DNA from: Lytechinus pictus | Lineage: Eukaryota | DNA length: 64,000 nt | Reading direction: 5' to 3' | Assembly (NCBI RefSeq): GCF_037042905.1 | Contig: NC_087251.1 | Coordinates: 6,946,001 to 7,010,000 of the forward strand | Part shown: in pieces, positions 36,723 through 49,394 of the stretch | How the letters are laid out: the number at the start of each line of letters is the position of its first letter | How positions within the stretch are numbered: the first letter of the stretch is position 1 | The notes under the pieces: generated by a model | Seen by the model: the letters and a program-made list of their open reading frames with translations, nothing else | What the model was told of the DNA's origin: nothing | The model's database searches: none | Program-made: the position numbers and the translations under genes

Positions 36723-39434
36723 GGAGGGGGGGTCTGCCCCCACCTCAAATTTAGGGGAAGGGGGGGGGGGGGGGAGGACCAAGTGGCTTCTTACCTTGTT
36801 GTGATTGATGACTTTGAAGTCAATTAGGTTTGAAAAACTGACGGTAGTTAGTTGTGTGTTTCTCATAGAACGCTAGACCAAAAGCTTCAGTCTCTGTATT
36901 TTGGTTGTTCAGCTGAACCGCGTTGGCTCCACTCACCAATACATAGACTGAAGAGTTGTTGGCCCGTACATTAAGACAACGTATCAGCTAACCCAGGGAG
37001 CTCTGGGCTAGCTGATACGTACGTAACCCAAGGAGCTCCGGCCCGCTTTTCGGGCCGGAGCTCCCTGAGTTCCGTATCAGCATGCAGCAGTAACGTTAGA
37101 TCTAACATTCGGCGGAAACCCGATTTTCGGATCGTTTTTGGTACATCAAATGTCACATTATGAAAAAATAATTACATCCAAACTTACGAGAAAATATATA
37201 AAATTCAGAAACATCGTACCTTAGACCGCAGTTACCGCTAATTCCTTTCAAATGATGATCAAAACTTAGTCATCCTCGATTCCTTCGTTGGTCATCGTAA
37301 GTTGCCATCTTGGATGACATCATCATCTTTACAGTCGTATTTACCAGTCGCTATTATACCGCGATTCGTGCCGCTGATTTGTGCTTGTCTATGTGCGTGC
37401 GTTCGGAACTTTTCGCTCGCATTGATTGGCAAGGATATCGATAATTCTAATCAGAAAGCCTTGATAAAAGCATAACTCAATGAACGTAGTAGGCAGTGCG
37501 CGCGTTTATAAATTATAGTAGAGAAACTGGCCACACACACGCTGCATGCACGATACATGTATACACAATACACGCATATACATGCACAATACACGCATAT
37601 ATACACATGCACAGCAAAGCAATACACAATACACATGTATTGTAGTTGTTTTTTCCGTAACCTTTTTATTGTTGCCGTAACACCGTAATCGGAGGAATAA
37701 AATCGGAACAAATACGGCGAATCCGTAACGGTTGGCATCTCTGCATAAGTTATGCAGATAACGATGAAACAAATTCACAATACGGAAGCGACGTATTCGA
37801 AATTAGAACGCTTGATTTTATTAGACTACGATCAATGAAGTCTCGCAATTTCTATAGTTTATTGTGTGAATTTAAGAAAAGAGAACCGGCTGCTTTAACA
37901 TTCTGGGAAGGTAAATTGAACCTTGCAATTGATTTTGACTGGAAAGACACATTGAAATTTAAGTTTAAGACATTGAAAAACAATAAAATAAAGCAACTCA
38001 ACTTCAAAACTCTTCATAGGATTTTACCGTTTAGATACAACTTGTGGAGGTGGAAAATCGTAACAGACAACTTATGTATTTTCTGTAAAACAACAGAATC
38101 TTTTGTTCATGTTGTTTTAGAATGCCCAAGCGTAAAGCTTTTCTGGAAACGTATTGTGGATTTGATTAATTTAATGTTTAAAGAAAAAATTATATTAAAC
38201 GAAAAATTATTAATAGTTGGTTTTGATTTCACACATGAACAAGCAACATATATAAATACAGTCCTTGTGTATGCTCAATATGCAATCTATTTGATGTATA
38301 TGATTAATTATTTTCAAGGTAAACCATACAACAATAATTCTATATGGCATTTTTTTAAATATGAAATTCTTTTAGACGACATCTCGGATGTTGTCTCTAA
38401 GTGTTAATAAAGCAATATTGACTGGCCTCGGGGCGATACGACATATATCGCCTGAGTCGTAGACGAGGGTGATATCAATTTAGTGAGGGCGATATATGTC
38501 CTTTCGCCCCCAGGCCAGTCAATATTGCTATTATTAACCAAATCAGACATCTAGAGCAAAAATCGTTAAAATTTATATATTTTTCATTTTTAGAATGAGA
38601 ATCTAGTTTATCATGTTGAGCAGACTGGGCCTCTGAACTTTACCATTGTGACGTAATTGAAATGACGCGTCCCTGGCCTAGGGACGCAGTATCCAGCGTT
38701 GTCTTAACTTGACTACCATTATGACGTATAGCACTGCGCAGTTCAAGGACGCGTGCAAAAACGTGTAGAATACCCGGATATTAGCGCTGCCTTTTATTGC
38801 CTGCTACATTTCCACGCATTTTCTCATTGACTTTCCTGAGCAGGCAATAAATTGGGCCCGTGGATAAACGATTGGAATTATATTGACCGGCCATTTGATC
38901 CCAGTCTTAAGCAGGCAACAATGTTTCAAAGTTGCCCTGCTCCAGATGTCTGATACGGTTAATATAGTAAATAATACTGTACATGTTAATTTGGCTATTG
39001 AATGAATAAAAAACCTCTGACACGAGGAAATTTTTTTTTTTTTTAATTTCACATAGGGCCAAGGGTAAGGACAAAGTTTTATCCTAACCTTGCACATTGG
39101 ATGAGTACTTTTTAATTGACTTTGTAGTAATTGTACGCACGAATGCACTTCCACACAATGACTTCAACTTCAAGATATTGCAATTATGAACATGACATGG
39201 ATATCAACACGTGGGAAATGAATCATGGCCATAGCTTAGCCTGGGCCTAATTTATAAATAATCATTCGGGCCAGGTCGTGTATTCAACAGGATTTCGTCA
39301 TAACTCATTGATAAACATTTCCCAAATAACATAGACCATTCAAATTAGAGTTTAAATGAGATCTTCAAAAACTTACTTCGAGTTATGACTGAGCAAAGTT
39401 GCGAAACACTCTGCACTTGCCGTACAGCCGCCAT
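28961..39434 (-). CDS. MRPS5: Mitochondrial ribosomal protein S5 (uS5m); coding exons 39434-39377, 33638-33501, 33360-33235, 32812-32585, 31915-31790, 31407-31303, 30384-30322, 29843-29707, 29182-28961; 400 aa
   Basis: All junctions GT-AG and phase-consistent (1203 nt). Motifs [129 protein letters not shown]. Confidence 0.95.
33938..34491. mobile_element. MITE with CCCGGGGGGGCCACTT TIRs and 8-bp TSD; related copies ~17670-17866, ~20684-21143, ~40232-40735
   Basis: TSD CAATTTCA at 33930-33937 and 34492-34499; shared sub-terminal GACGAGTGGATACCATGCG in all copies. Confidence 0.8.
35122..38407 (+). pseudogene. Decayed, 5'-truncated L1/Tx1-type LINE ORF2 (RT plus C-terminal CCHC), antisense in MRPS5 intron 1, split by an insertion at 36443-37743
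   Basis: [30 protein letters not shown] (degenerate YADD), [24 protein letters not shown] and [18 protein letters not shown], with in-frame stops and frameshifts. Confidence 0.9.
36443..37743. mobile_element. 1.3 kb non-autonomous DNA element with 14-bp TIR and 6-bp TSD (hAT6-like)
   Basis: CAGAGATGCCAACC ... GGTTGGCATCTCTG; CATAAG at 36437-36442 and 37744-37749; LINE sequence resumes after it. Confidence 0.85.
38404..38965. mobile_element. Double-foldback non-autonomous element (same architecture as 26380-26892, different sequence)
   Basis: Pair 1 AGCAATATTGACTGGCC (38411) / GGCCAGTCAATATTGCT (38529). Pair 2 ATTAACCAAATCAGACATCT (38533) / AGATGTCTGATACGGTTAAT (38963). Confidence 0.6.
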
Positions 39435-39636
39435 GCCACATCTCTAGTTCAGGTGCTTTTAATATATAAGGGGGACCCCCTCTATCACTTACCTTGCTCG
39501 CGGGCCGCTCCGGCGAAGCATGCACGTACGCGCATGCAACATGTTGGGCAGTGTTAGTTACCGCAGTGCCACTGGACTAGTTCAGTTGGTGATATCCATA
39601 GACATGGTCGAGGTCATATCAATCAGTTAATTAGCA
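39435..39636. promoter_or_regulatory. Bidirectional promoter shared by MRPS5 and TTL
   Basis: 202 bp between divergent ATGs; locally CpG-rich; near-perfect palindrome GCATGCACGTACGCGCATGC (39518-39537) resembling an NRF1-type GCGCATGC site. Confidence 0.8.
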
Positions 39637-42600
39637 ATGTATTCATATACTGTTCGAGACAACAAAAGTAGTGTATATCAGGCATTAGTTGAAACCATTT
39701 CAAGACGATCTAATTGGACTCAAAAGACAGGCGACACCGTCAAGGCAAATCTGATCATTGGAGAGAGGAACACATTGAAGTTTCCATTTGGAAGATTAGG
39801 TAGGCTTATAGTTATATTTAAATTTGGTTTAACTTTAAGTTTAGATCAAGTAATGTATATCTATTACAAATTAAATATTTTTTGTAGTAGTCTCGGAGGA
39901 TTCTGATGTAACAGCGCTTTTCTCTGGCTGGGTTAAAATTATCAATAAAACGTAGATTTTTTTTTTAAAGAATGAACTTTGTACTTGTCTTGGTACTGGT
40001 AGGCCGTAGGATAGTGTACTGCATACTGCAAGATGGTTATTTGTAATTTTCCTATTTAACTTGTTGTTTTCTTCAGTTCAGCTGTCTTGCATTTCTATTC
40101 CATCTAGACTTGAGTTTATTTGCATTTCTTTTAAGCACTGCCCCTGCAGTCTGAACTCGGGTTATTTAAGATTAATATATTCAGTTGTGCATATATATAT
40201 ATAATTCATTCATTCTACTCTGAATGCCTTTCGGGGTGGGGGTGGATACCATATGCACGACTAAAAAAAGCTTAAAAGGGATGTCTTTTTAAAGACAAGG
40301 CATGTTACAAGGGTGTCTACTTCGCTAGGAAAGCTATGTGTTTATTTGACCCTAAACTTTAGGGTCAAATTTGCGAGGGTAAATAAAACTAAAAGACAAA
40401 TGTTTTTATAAAGAATGTATTTTTTTTGCCCCAACAGTCAACACCACTTGTTTATAGAGTCCGATTTGCGCAAGGTGTGGGAGATGGGGCCACCCAATGA
40501 TGTAGGTAAAGGTAAAATCGACGACCAAAGTCCATGACATAAACAATTAAAATATTGCTGTACTTGTTTAGGGGTTCAATTCAGATAATACTTGTCTAGG
40601 GTATTGCTTTGTTTTTTAAGGGGTGCATTTTCAGAATATGGAATATACTTGTTTAGGGTACTTTTCGAGACCCCATGGTCGCGCATGGTATCCACTCGTC
40701 AATGGAAGTGCCCCCAGGCCCTCCCCCCCCCTGGGATGCTTTTCTTTGCCTCTGATTCTCTCTTGTCATTCATTCTCTATTCTCTCTTCAGGTGTTAATT
40801 CACTCACTCCATCCCTCACCTGCATTGAAGTTTGATCCTTCCATTCATTTTATTTTGATTGGTTGACTCTACTTGATTTGAATATACATGTATGTAAATT
40901 ATTATGTGATTCCATGATTAGCTGAGGCAAAGTAGCCCAGAGTTTAAAGCAGTGCACTTCCAGACTTCTTCGGTTTCTGTTCAATTCATTTTGCGTCTTC
41001 TTCTAGCCTCACTTAATTATTTCCCCTTTGTTTTGATGATTGATTGATTTGAGCTAATTGAACTTATATTATTTTCTACTCCTAAAATAACTTTATAATT
41101 TTACACCCTTACAACTGGAAGCAGCGGTGGGATGACATCTTCACGCCGTTTTTAACTTTCCTTGGTTCTATGATTCAGTTTTGTCTGCAAGCTAATCCTT
41201 TATCATCTGCTTTGGGAATTAACTTTATATACCTCGTCTGTCCCTTTTGGTCTACCCGGTGCTATCAAATAGCCAATCGTTGTTCTGCTCAACTTACCTG
41301 GTGAGTGACGACCTGTTTAGTTTCCGAGTACATAAACCTACAGTACCTGGTCGAAGTGAAACCGCAATCCTTTGAACTGTAACCCGAATAACATTTATCT
41401 GCTACTGCCTCTTTCTTCAGCTTGAAAGCTCTCTTCACACCAATAAGAGACTCTTCCATCCTTTCGGTCTGAACATATTTTTGCCATCATAACAATTAGC
41501 AGTGATTCCATCATGTCACGCAACGATTCTTTGGACACTAATGCCTTGCTATCACGTATAGATTGTTTGGAACGAGCCCTTCAACATCTTCAAGGCAATG
41601 TTACCCAACTTCAGGCATTGTTGTCCACATTTGCCCGATTACATCCAACCGATGTTGCTGCTACGATGTGCAACAAGACAAAACAGACAGAGCCTTCTCG
41701 TGTGTCTGCGCCAATGGACCTTGATAATCTCAACCACCAAGTAAGTGAATGTCAGAATGAGGACAGAAACATTTCAATGCTGAAATATTTCCTGGAACAT
41801 GACATTAAACCCAAAACCAAGGAGAATGCTGATTTTGAGCCCCAAATGCGTCGACTCCTCTGGCAATACCCATGTTTCTCCCTGAAAGACGGCAAACTCT
41901 TCCGCAAACGAATGGCCTCTGATGGCATTTAGTAAACACCACCAACTCGTCGTTCCAGCAAAAAATAAGTTCAAAGTTGTAGCTCAAATCAATCAATCAT
42001 CAAACCAAATGGAAATAAGTGAAACTAGAAGAAGATGCAAAATGAATCGAACAGAAACCGAAGAAGTCTGGTAGTGCACTGCTTTAATGTATGGGCTACT
42101 TTGCCTCAGCTAAACTTGGGATCATATAATGATTTAAATATATTCAAATCAAGTAGAGTCAACCAATCAAAATCATTCCTCCAAACTGGAGCTGGAGTAC
42201 CTCAGGCGATGGTTCGTGTAGGCTCCACTACACGAACCATCTCCTGAGGTAGAGCTGGAGGAGCTAGTAGACAGGACAAAATTCGAATTGAAACACAATA
42301 ACCATAATGCTGCAGTCATATTTCCCCTACAGTGGCTGTATGGCGAGTCGAAAACAGTCATTTTTATTCAAACCACCTATATCTAGCAGGTACAAAAAAT
42401 GTTACAATGGCTGTTTCGACTCGCCGTACGGCCGCTGTAGGGGAAATGTGACTGCGACATAACCAAACCACACCAAATGGGAATACGTGAAGCTACAAGC
42501 ATATAGCAGCGCTCTTTACTGCCGCAGATGGAATAAATGATTTGCATACTACTTGTAGTATCTTTGCCCTTTACATTGATATTTATGCACACAGATAGTA

Positions 42601-45600
42601 TGCTTCTGCATTAGCATGATTGGTAGAATTTCTTAATTTCCTACCAATATAATATTGTTCCACTGATTTTGCTTGTGCCAATTAGAAGTTCCAATTGGTG
42701 TCAGTTGAAACCAATTGACAAATGGTTTTCAATTGAGACCAATTGGCTATTGGTTTCAATAGGGACCAATACCGGTAGTCAATTGGTTTCAATGGGGGCC
42801 AATTTAATACCGAGGAGGTCACATCGGGTGTGGAAACGTCCCACAATGAACAACAACAACAATTTAATACCAATTGGTTTCATCGTGAAGAATGGCCAAT
42901 TGGTTTCAATGGTACCCAGGTCAGAGGTCATTTAGGGTCAATGAACTTTGGACAAGTTTGGGGTATTTGTTGAATTTCCATCATAACTTTGAAAGTTTAT
43001 GGATATAATTTATAAAACTTGGACATAAGAGTAATCAAGTATCACTGAACATCCTGTGCGAGTTTCAGGTCACATGACCAAGGTCAAAAGTCATTTAGGT
43101 CAATGAACTTGGCCATGTTGGAGGTAATTATTAAATTGCTGTCATAACTTTCAAAGTTTATGGATATACTTTATGAAATGTGGACATAGGGGTTATCAAG
43201 TATCACTAGCTAGTCTTAGGTCACATGATCAAGGTCAAATGTCATTTAGGGTCAATGTACGTAGTATTGTATCATTATATTAATGTTGTTTTGGGGGAAA
43301 TAATTTTATTTTATAGTAGTTTTCAAAGTCAGCACTGCTGCTATATTGAATCGCGTAATGCAGTTGAGACTGCCAGAGGCGCTCCACTTGTTTATTAATT
43401 TAGATCTGTATAAAAATGCAGTCATTTTAGTAACAATTGTGACTTAGCCCCTCATTATGCATTCATTAATGGACTCTTTTCCTTTTATGTGTACACTAAA
43501 TTAAGCAAAATTTAATGCGAAATCATAAACCATGGTTTCAGACAACGACCATTAATCAGATCTGCTATTTTGAAATTGAGCCAATTTCTAGAATCCACTT
43601 GTTGCCTCCCCTTGTTCTGTGCACATAGGCCATGATGGAATTCTGCAACTAGTAAACTGTTACAGAGGATCAGGAAAAATAAGCAGGAAGGCTGCTCTTG
43701 TAACTGCTTTGACGAGTTGGCAGGAATCTACAGGAGAAGATATATCACTATGGTCACCAGAAACCTACATCATCAGGCCACAGCAAAGGGATGCAGACAC
43801 TTTAAAGAAACCATTTCAGATATCAAAGCCTGATCAAAGAGAAGAACTGAAAAGATCTCATGAAAGAAAGCAAGAAACAGGCAGGGGAGATGTTTGGATT
43901 GCAAAATCTACAGCTGGACTCAAAGGTTTCAATTTTAAATACATCTATTTTTAATGATTATTTGAAGGGCTGCAACAGAATGATATTTCTGTGGAGTCCT
44001 CTTACCAATGAAGTTTATATGACAATTTACCCTGTATCAATGTATTTTGACATTATTTGGTAATAAATTCAGTTCAGTTCAACAGTACATAGTGATTGTT
44101 TTATCAGAAAGTCATAATCGGCATTTATGCATGCATACTCATATTTTTTCCTTTTGGTGATTTTTGTTTTACTGGTCAGAATGATGAATTGCTATGTCAA
44201 GGACTAGCAGCAGAGAATTAGAATGATAAATGAATATACCAAGTTTTTGTCATCTTTGATATTGGACAAGGGGGGGGGGGGGGTAGGGCTGGGATTACTT
44301 TTTTCAATAATCATGGACAAAAATGTGAACATTACCATCTGATTGAGATTTTTTTACATGGTCAGACCCCCCTCCCACTTTGAGCTCAGCTCCCCCACTT
44401 TCAAAACCGTTCCATATCTCCTTGTTTGAGATGGTAAGAATTTTAATGCTCTTTTTGATAAATCTCTTTCATTCTTCATTGTTACTTTAATTCTTCTTGA
44501 ACAGTTAGATTAACCTAACAAAATGGAATACCAACCATAAAAAATTGTAGTCCTTGTGTTGTAGCTGCTCCAATTCAATTCTATTCATTTTTGTTCCTAT
44601 TTTGTATGTTTTAATTATATTTCCCCATTCCTATTTATTTTGAGTATGTAGGGCCTGCAAATTAGTTTTATCCATTTTTCTCTGATCTAGGAGAGGGTAT
44701 TTTAATATCCAATAAATCGGATGAACTTCTCTCATTTGTGGACTCCCGTCCTCATTCTCATGTTGTTCAGAAGTACATTGAGAATCCTCTTCTGTTACCA
44801 GGCAACAGAAAGTTTGACATCAGGTAACGTGATATATATGATTCATACACCAATGTAAATTTTTCCCATTTTTAGTTATTTTAATGGTAATAGTCATCAT
44901 GAATTCAAAAATTATTTGAACGGTTTGAAATCATCTTTATCATTATTATCACATATATCATGACTAGTAATAGAGAAAGGATATGTATTCTAACTCTTTA
45001 TATTTCTGATTTACACTTCAGATGTTGGGTGTTAGTAGATCATCAATATGACATATATCTGATGAGAGAAGGTGTGTTGAGAACATGTGCTGAACCATAT
45101 GAAGCAGACGACCTGTCTAATCATGTATCTCATCTCACCAATCATTGTATTCAGGTATGGATAAAAACTTGTTCATAGCTTGAAAATAAAGACCTATGTT
45201 AGGTCTTGGTAAATCCCCTTAAAAATGCCTGAACATTACAGACCTGCCAACCAGTACGTTTTTGGCGTATTTAGTACGTTTTCGCAACCAAAATACGGCA
45301 GTACATTTTTTCTTTAAAAAATATGTTTTTGTAAAAAAAAAATCGTAATTTATTGAGAAAAATCATCTCTATTTCATAAAACTTACACAAATATGGTTAT
45401 TAGATCAATGTAATTTCATTTTGCTTAAAACCAGGGTGAGATATACACATGTTTCAATGTTTTTTTTTTTTTCATCTGCAAGAGCAGTGCGCATTTTAGC
45501 TTGCATGCAGCTTGAGCGCCGCGATGAGCAAGTGCGCCACACATTTTATTATGAAATACACTTTTTTGGGGAAAATACAGTTTTTTATCACAGAATACAA

Positions 45601-48600
45601 TTTTTCATTCCCAGAGGTTGGCAGGTCTGCTGTTAGGCTGTCCCCTTTCGAATTCATTTCAAGATGAATGTGTATGCTCCCCCCAAAAAGAGAACAGTTG
45701 TGGAGAATATAATATGTGTTTTATTGGATGAATATTGTGATTCTACAGGAGAGTTTATTTTGGTCGGGTGCTCGATCAAAATGAAAATAACTGCATCTTT
45801 ATAAAACCACTTCTCAAGCAAGGATAGACTGAAAATTTCAGGATATGATCTTTGTTTGTGGAAAAACTAGAGTATCAGTTTTAACTCTCCCCTTGCAATC
45901 AGGGGTTGGGTGTTTGAATCTCACCATGGATTAGCGAAGCCATGGTGGGATGAATCCTTAAGCAAAACAAAATTGAACCAAATGATTTGAAATAAAAACA
46001 CTTTTTCATTCAATTTATAACAACTAAGTATTCACAAATGATTTTGAAATAATTGACAATTGTTGGCATCAGCTGGTGGAAATTGAATGTCTGCAATATT
46101 TTGGATGTGCAGCTTAATCATCCTAACACCCTATTTACACATGGGCTGGTTTAATTGAGTCTGCCTCATGCCGGCATCAAGCCGCCTCCAAAAATTTACG
46201 AAAGTGTGTTTACACATAGCAGAAATGTCGGCTTGACGCCGCTTTGACAAAACCCCATTTACACATACTGTTCGGCGGCCAGCGGCAGGGCCACTTGAAA
46301 GCGTGCGATACTGAGGTACTGAGTAATACAATAAAGCTAGATCGATGACGTATCCCAACTATTGCGCAAGCCAATGATCACGTGACTCCCAAAAGCCGAC
46401 CTTAGTCTGCTTTGTCTTTACACATACAAGAAGGCGCCTTCATGCCGCCTCAAAGGCAACTTCAAACCACCTCCAAACAGAGGTGGTCCAAAATCGAGGC
46501 GGCGTCAGTCCACTTGTGTGTTTACATACATTCAAGGCGGCGTGAGGCGTACCGCCTTCACTTTTATATGTAAATGGGGTCTTAGTCTTAATCAGCTGTT
46601 TTGATATCTTCTGTTTGTAGGAAGCCCACTCCAAGGACTTTGGAAAGTTTGAAGAAGGAAATGAGATGTTCTTTGATGCATTTGATAGGTATGTAAATTG
46701 AATCCATTGTATGCATGGATCCATAGTTGGATGAGTTATGGATATTGAACATCATCATCTCTCTATGTCACAAATGAGCTGTACCTTCTCTTGTCCTTAT
46801 TTAATGGTACATACAGTGATGCCAAAATTGAAATATATGAAATTGGCACAAAAAAAATCATGCAATAATTACTTGTAAATAATGTGATTTTTCATGCTTT
46901 TTTTCAATAAAAACAAATTTATTTTTTTAAACAAATATTTGGCATTAAAAGATGTATCTCATCCCAAACTTATATCTTGGAGGGGAATTGAACCCATATA
47001 GAAATAAGATAAGTATTTCATCAGCTTCATCTTTAGATTGTTGGTTGTAACCATTACACATCCATGGAATAAAAACCCTCTATGTGTTGTTAATTTGTCT
47101 GTTACATCAGCGCACGACACTGGCACTGGTCCGACGGTCCCAGACCGGCAAAAATTGCTGTTGGGCCAGTAACTTTTCAGAAAAAGCCAGATTGACTGGT
47201 CCGACATGAACAGTAAGATTATATTCAAAATATATTTTCTTCTCTTTTGTAAATTATAAAAATGGTTCTGGCGTCTCAAGTTGGCTCTCATGATACATGA
47301 ATTATGTTGTGTGTGTGTACTGGGGTGGTTTTTTTTTTTTGGGGGGGGGGGTAACAATAAGCCATAAAAGACAGCAAAATAAACTCAATTCTTTTTTATA
47401 TTTTTCTTCATTTTTTGGGACCAGTCAATTTTAGGTTCGGTCCAGTAAAAAGAGGAAAAACTGGGTATGTACTGGTCCGACATGATCAGGTCGGACCAGT
47501 AGAAAAAACAGGTTAGTGTGGAGCCCTGGTAACATACTTATATTAACTTTTGTTGCAGATTTTATTCTTTTTTACATTGTAAATTATGATCCTGTTCTAT
47601 AGAATTCTACAAGAACATTGGAATGTGAGCTTAGAAGACAAGATTCTACCTCAAATCAGACATATTGTGAAAACATGCTGTCTATCAGTAAAAGAGGTAA
47701 GTCATTCTGGTGTTCTGACTCGGGTTATAACTCATCAATGGTCAAATTAAATGGAAATTTTTTTCTCACCCATTTCATGTTCTGACTCGGGGAGACCGAA
47801 AATTCTCACTGTAAATGAGTCATGGAATATTAGTCGAGTCATTGACTATAAGTGACTACCTAATACATTGACCATTGTTGATAAGACCTTATGCAGTTTC
47901 ACAAATCTTTTTGCAAAGTTGCACATGACTTGGCAAACAACCGAAACATGATCTTGATTCAAGATGATTGGTTTACAGTAATACGTTAATTCACATCAGT
48001 AAAAGTTGAAATATGATCTTGGTTGAAGTTTTTTTATTAAAACATTGAAATGAAAGGTATGATTCGAGAAATTTATTTGTTTCATAGGAAATTCAGTCCT
48101 ACTTTAAACACAATTTAAAAAAATGTGGGTGTCTCATTTCATTTGACAAGGAACTTGTTGCAGCAATTTGTACATTCATTCATAAAGTCATGTGTAAGCT
48201 CTATGGAAAAGCACCTTTTATTTCATTTTTATGTACATTGCAGGTGGTACAAAGTTAAATGCATTTACTTCCTTTCTCACCGTTTAATTTCTGGCAAATA
48301 TGAGCAAAAAACCCTTATTAAAAACTCATTTTTTATACCGACGTGTGTATCAAATTACTGGTACTTACTATTCATTGTTCAAAAGGATGTTTTTGTCTTT
48401 GTCTCAATTTAAGACAATTAAGTGGGTGTGGCTTGAACGATTATTAAAAGAATTATTGTCATGATTTATTTTCTTGAAGGAGTTATCTACCATTGGTCTA
48501 TCATACCATAGTTTTCAGTTGTATGGATTTGATTTTATGCTGGATAGTGACCTAAGAGTATGGCTTCTAGAGGTTAACAGTGCCCCTGCTTGTGCCCAGT

Positions 48601-49394
48601 GAGTCAACATTCATTATTTGATTATGTTTTATTTTGACTTATAGCTCTAAAAATTATACTAGTTTGCTTAAAAGTCTTTAGAATCAGATTTTCATGTGGA
48701 TACTGTTTATTATTGTTATTATTACATGTATTTATAAAGGGTGCTTCCATGGTGCATTAAAACAGGTATTTTGATCTAGGTGCTTGATTGACCTGTGCAG
48801 TATCAGAAGTCCCCATAGGCTTGCTGTACAGTACTGTGTTGCATGGTCTAATGAATAATGATTATTAAAGTTAAAGGTGATGATTTATTGACTGGCTATT
48901 CTTCATTGGATACCAGAAATATTACACTCATCACTGTACAAACATTGCACTCATCTAATATTTATACAACAATGGCCTAACTTGTGGAATATTTCTGGTA
49001 TCCCATTCTTTGCAATCTGATATGGTATAATTGTCTGATAAAGATAAATATAAGGTTTTCTTCAAGGAATATGACCTGAACCGTTGATAAGCCCCTGCAC
49101 AAGGGGTTGATTTCTTACTAATTAAATTAATAGGATTAATTGACATCAGATTAACCTTGAGATATCAGGAATATACCATTATTTAGAAAAAAAAAGCAAA
49201 AGAATATTAAGGACCTTGTGATATCAGGGACATTGTTGTAGCAGATCTTGATTTCATATTTCATTTCTATTTGTAGGAGGCTGTTACCAAAGTTAATTGC
49301 TGGTATGATAACTACTGCTATCGATCCCCTGTTTCCTCAACATGTTGAGCCAGAGATTAAGGATGCATCTAATGAGGTATTTGAGAAACTCTGA
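39637..49394 (+). CDS. TTL: Tubulin--tyrosine ligase; coding exons 39637-39799, 43629-43925, 44691-44823, 45022-45154, 46621-46688, 47603-47696, 48480-48598, 49277-49394; 374 aa
   Basis: All junctions GT-AG and phase-consistent (1125 nt). Motifs [112 protein letters not shown]. Confidence 0.96.
40852..42174 (+). mobile_element. Internally deleted Ty3/Gypsy-like relic with PBS, bounded by ~215 bp inverted LTR-like repeats
   Basis: ...TTACA (41113) followed by TGGAAGCAGCGGTGGGAT (41116-41133, tRNA-Leu-type PBS). ORF 41513-41932 ends in a pol-like segment Q.ED..I...[10 protein letters not shown], with HQLVVP just after the stop. 40852-41067 is the reverse complement of 41963-42174. Confidence 0.65.
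42313..42455. mobile_element. Small MITE with ~45 bp TIRs
   Basis: GCAGTCATATTTCCCCTACAG...GGCGAGTCGAAA vs TTTCGACTCGCC...CTGTAGGGGAAATGTGACTGC. Confidence 0.65.
42917..43393 (+). mobile_element. Partial copy of the Helentron-type family at 60510-61700 (opposite orientation)
   Basis: GGTCATTTAGGGTCAATGAAC repeats and end ...GAGACTGCCAGAGGCGCTCCACTTGTTT, the reverse complement of 60510-60570. Confidence 0.75.
45239..45629. mobile_element. MITE with CAGACCTGCCAACC TIRs (related termini to 36443-37743)
   Basis: Perfect 14-bp inverted ends; TSD not clear. Confidence 0.65.
46127..46580. mobile_element. MITE, possibly Harbinger-like
   Basis: ACCCTATTTACAC ... TGTAAATGGGGT ends; internal GCCGCC/TTTACAC repeats. 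Confidence 0.5.
47108..47528. mobile_element. CAG...CTG-ended MITE
   Basis: CAGCGCACGACACT / AGTGTGGAGCCCTG; flanks GTTACAT / GTAACAT; repeated ACTGGTCCGA. Confidence 0.55.

Noticed and set aside
37220..37308. Candidate MRPS5 first coding exon
   Set aside because: Stops after 12 codons and lies in a TIR element; 39434-39377 fits phase and homology.
35637..38407. Active or domesticated reverse transcriptase gene
   Set aside because: In-frame stops, frameshifts, degenerate catalytic motif, 5' truncation and a 1.3 kb insertion.
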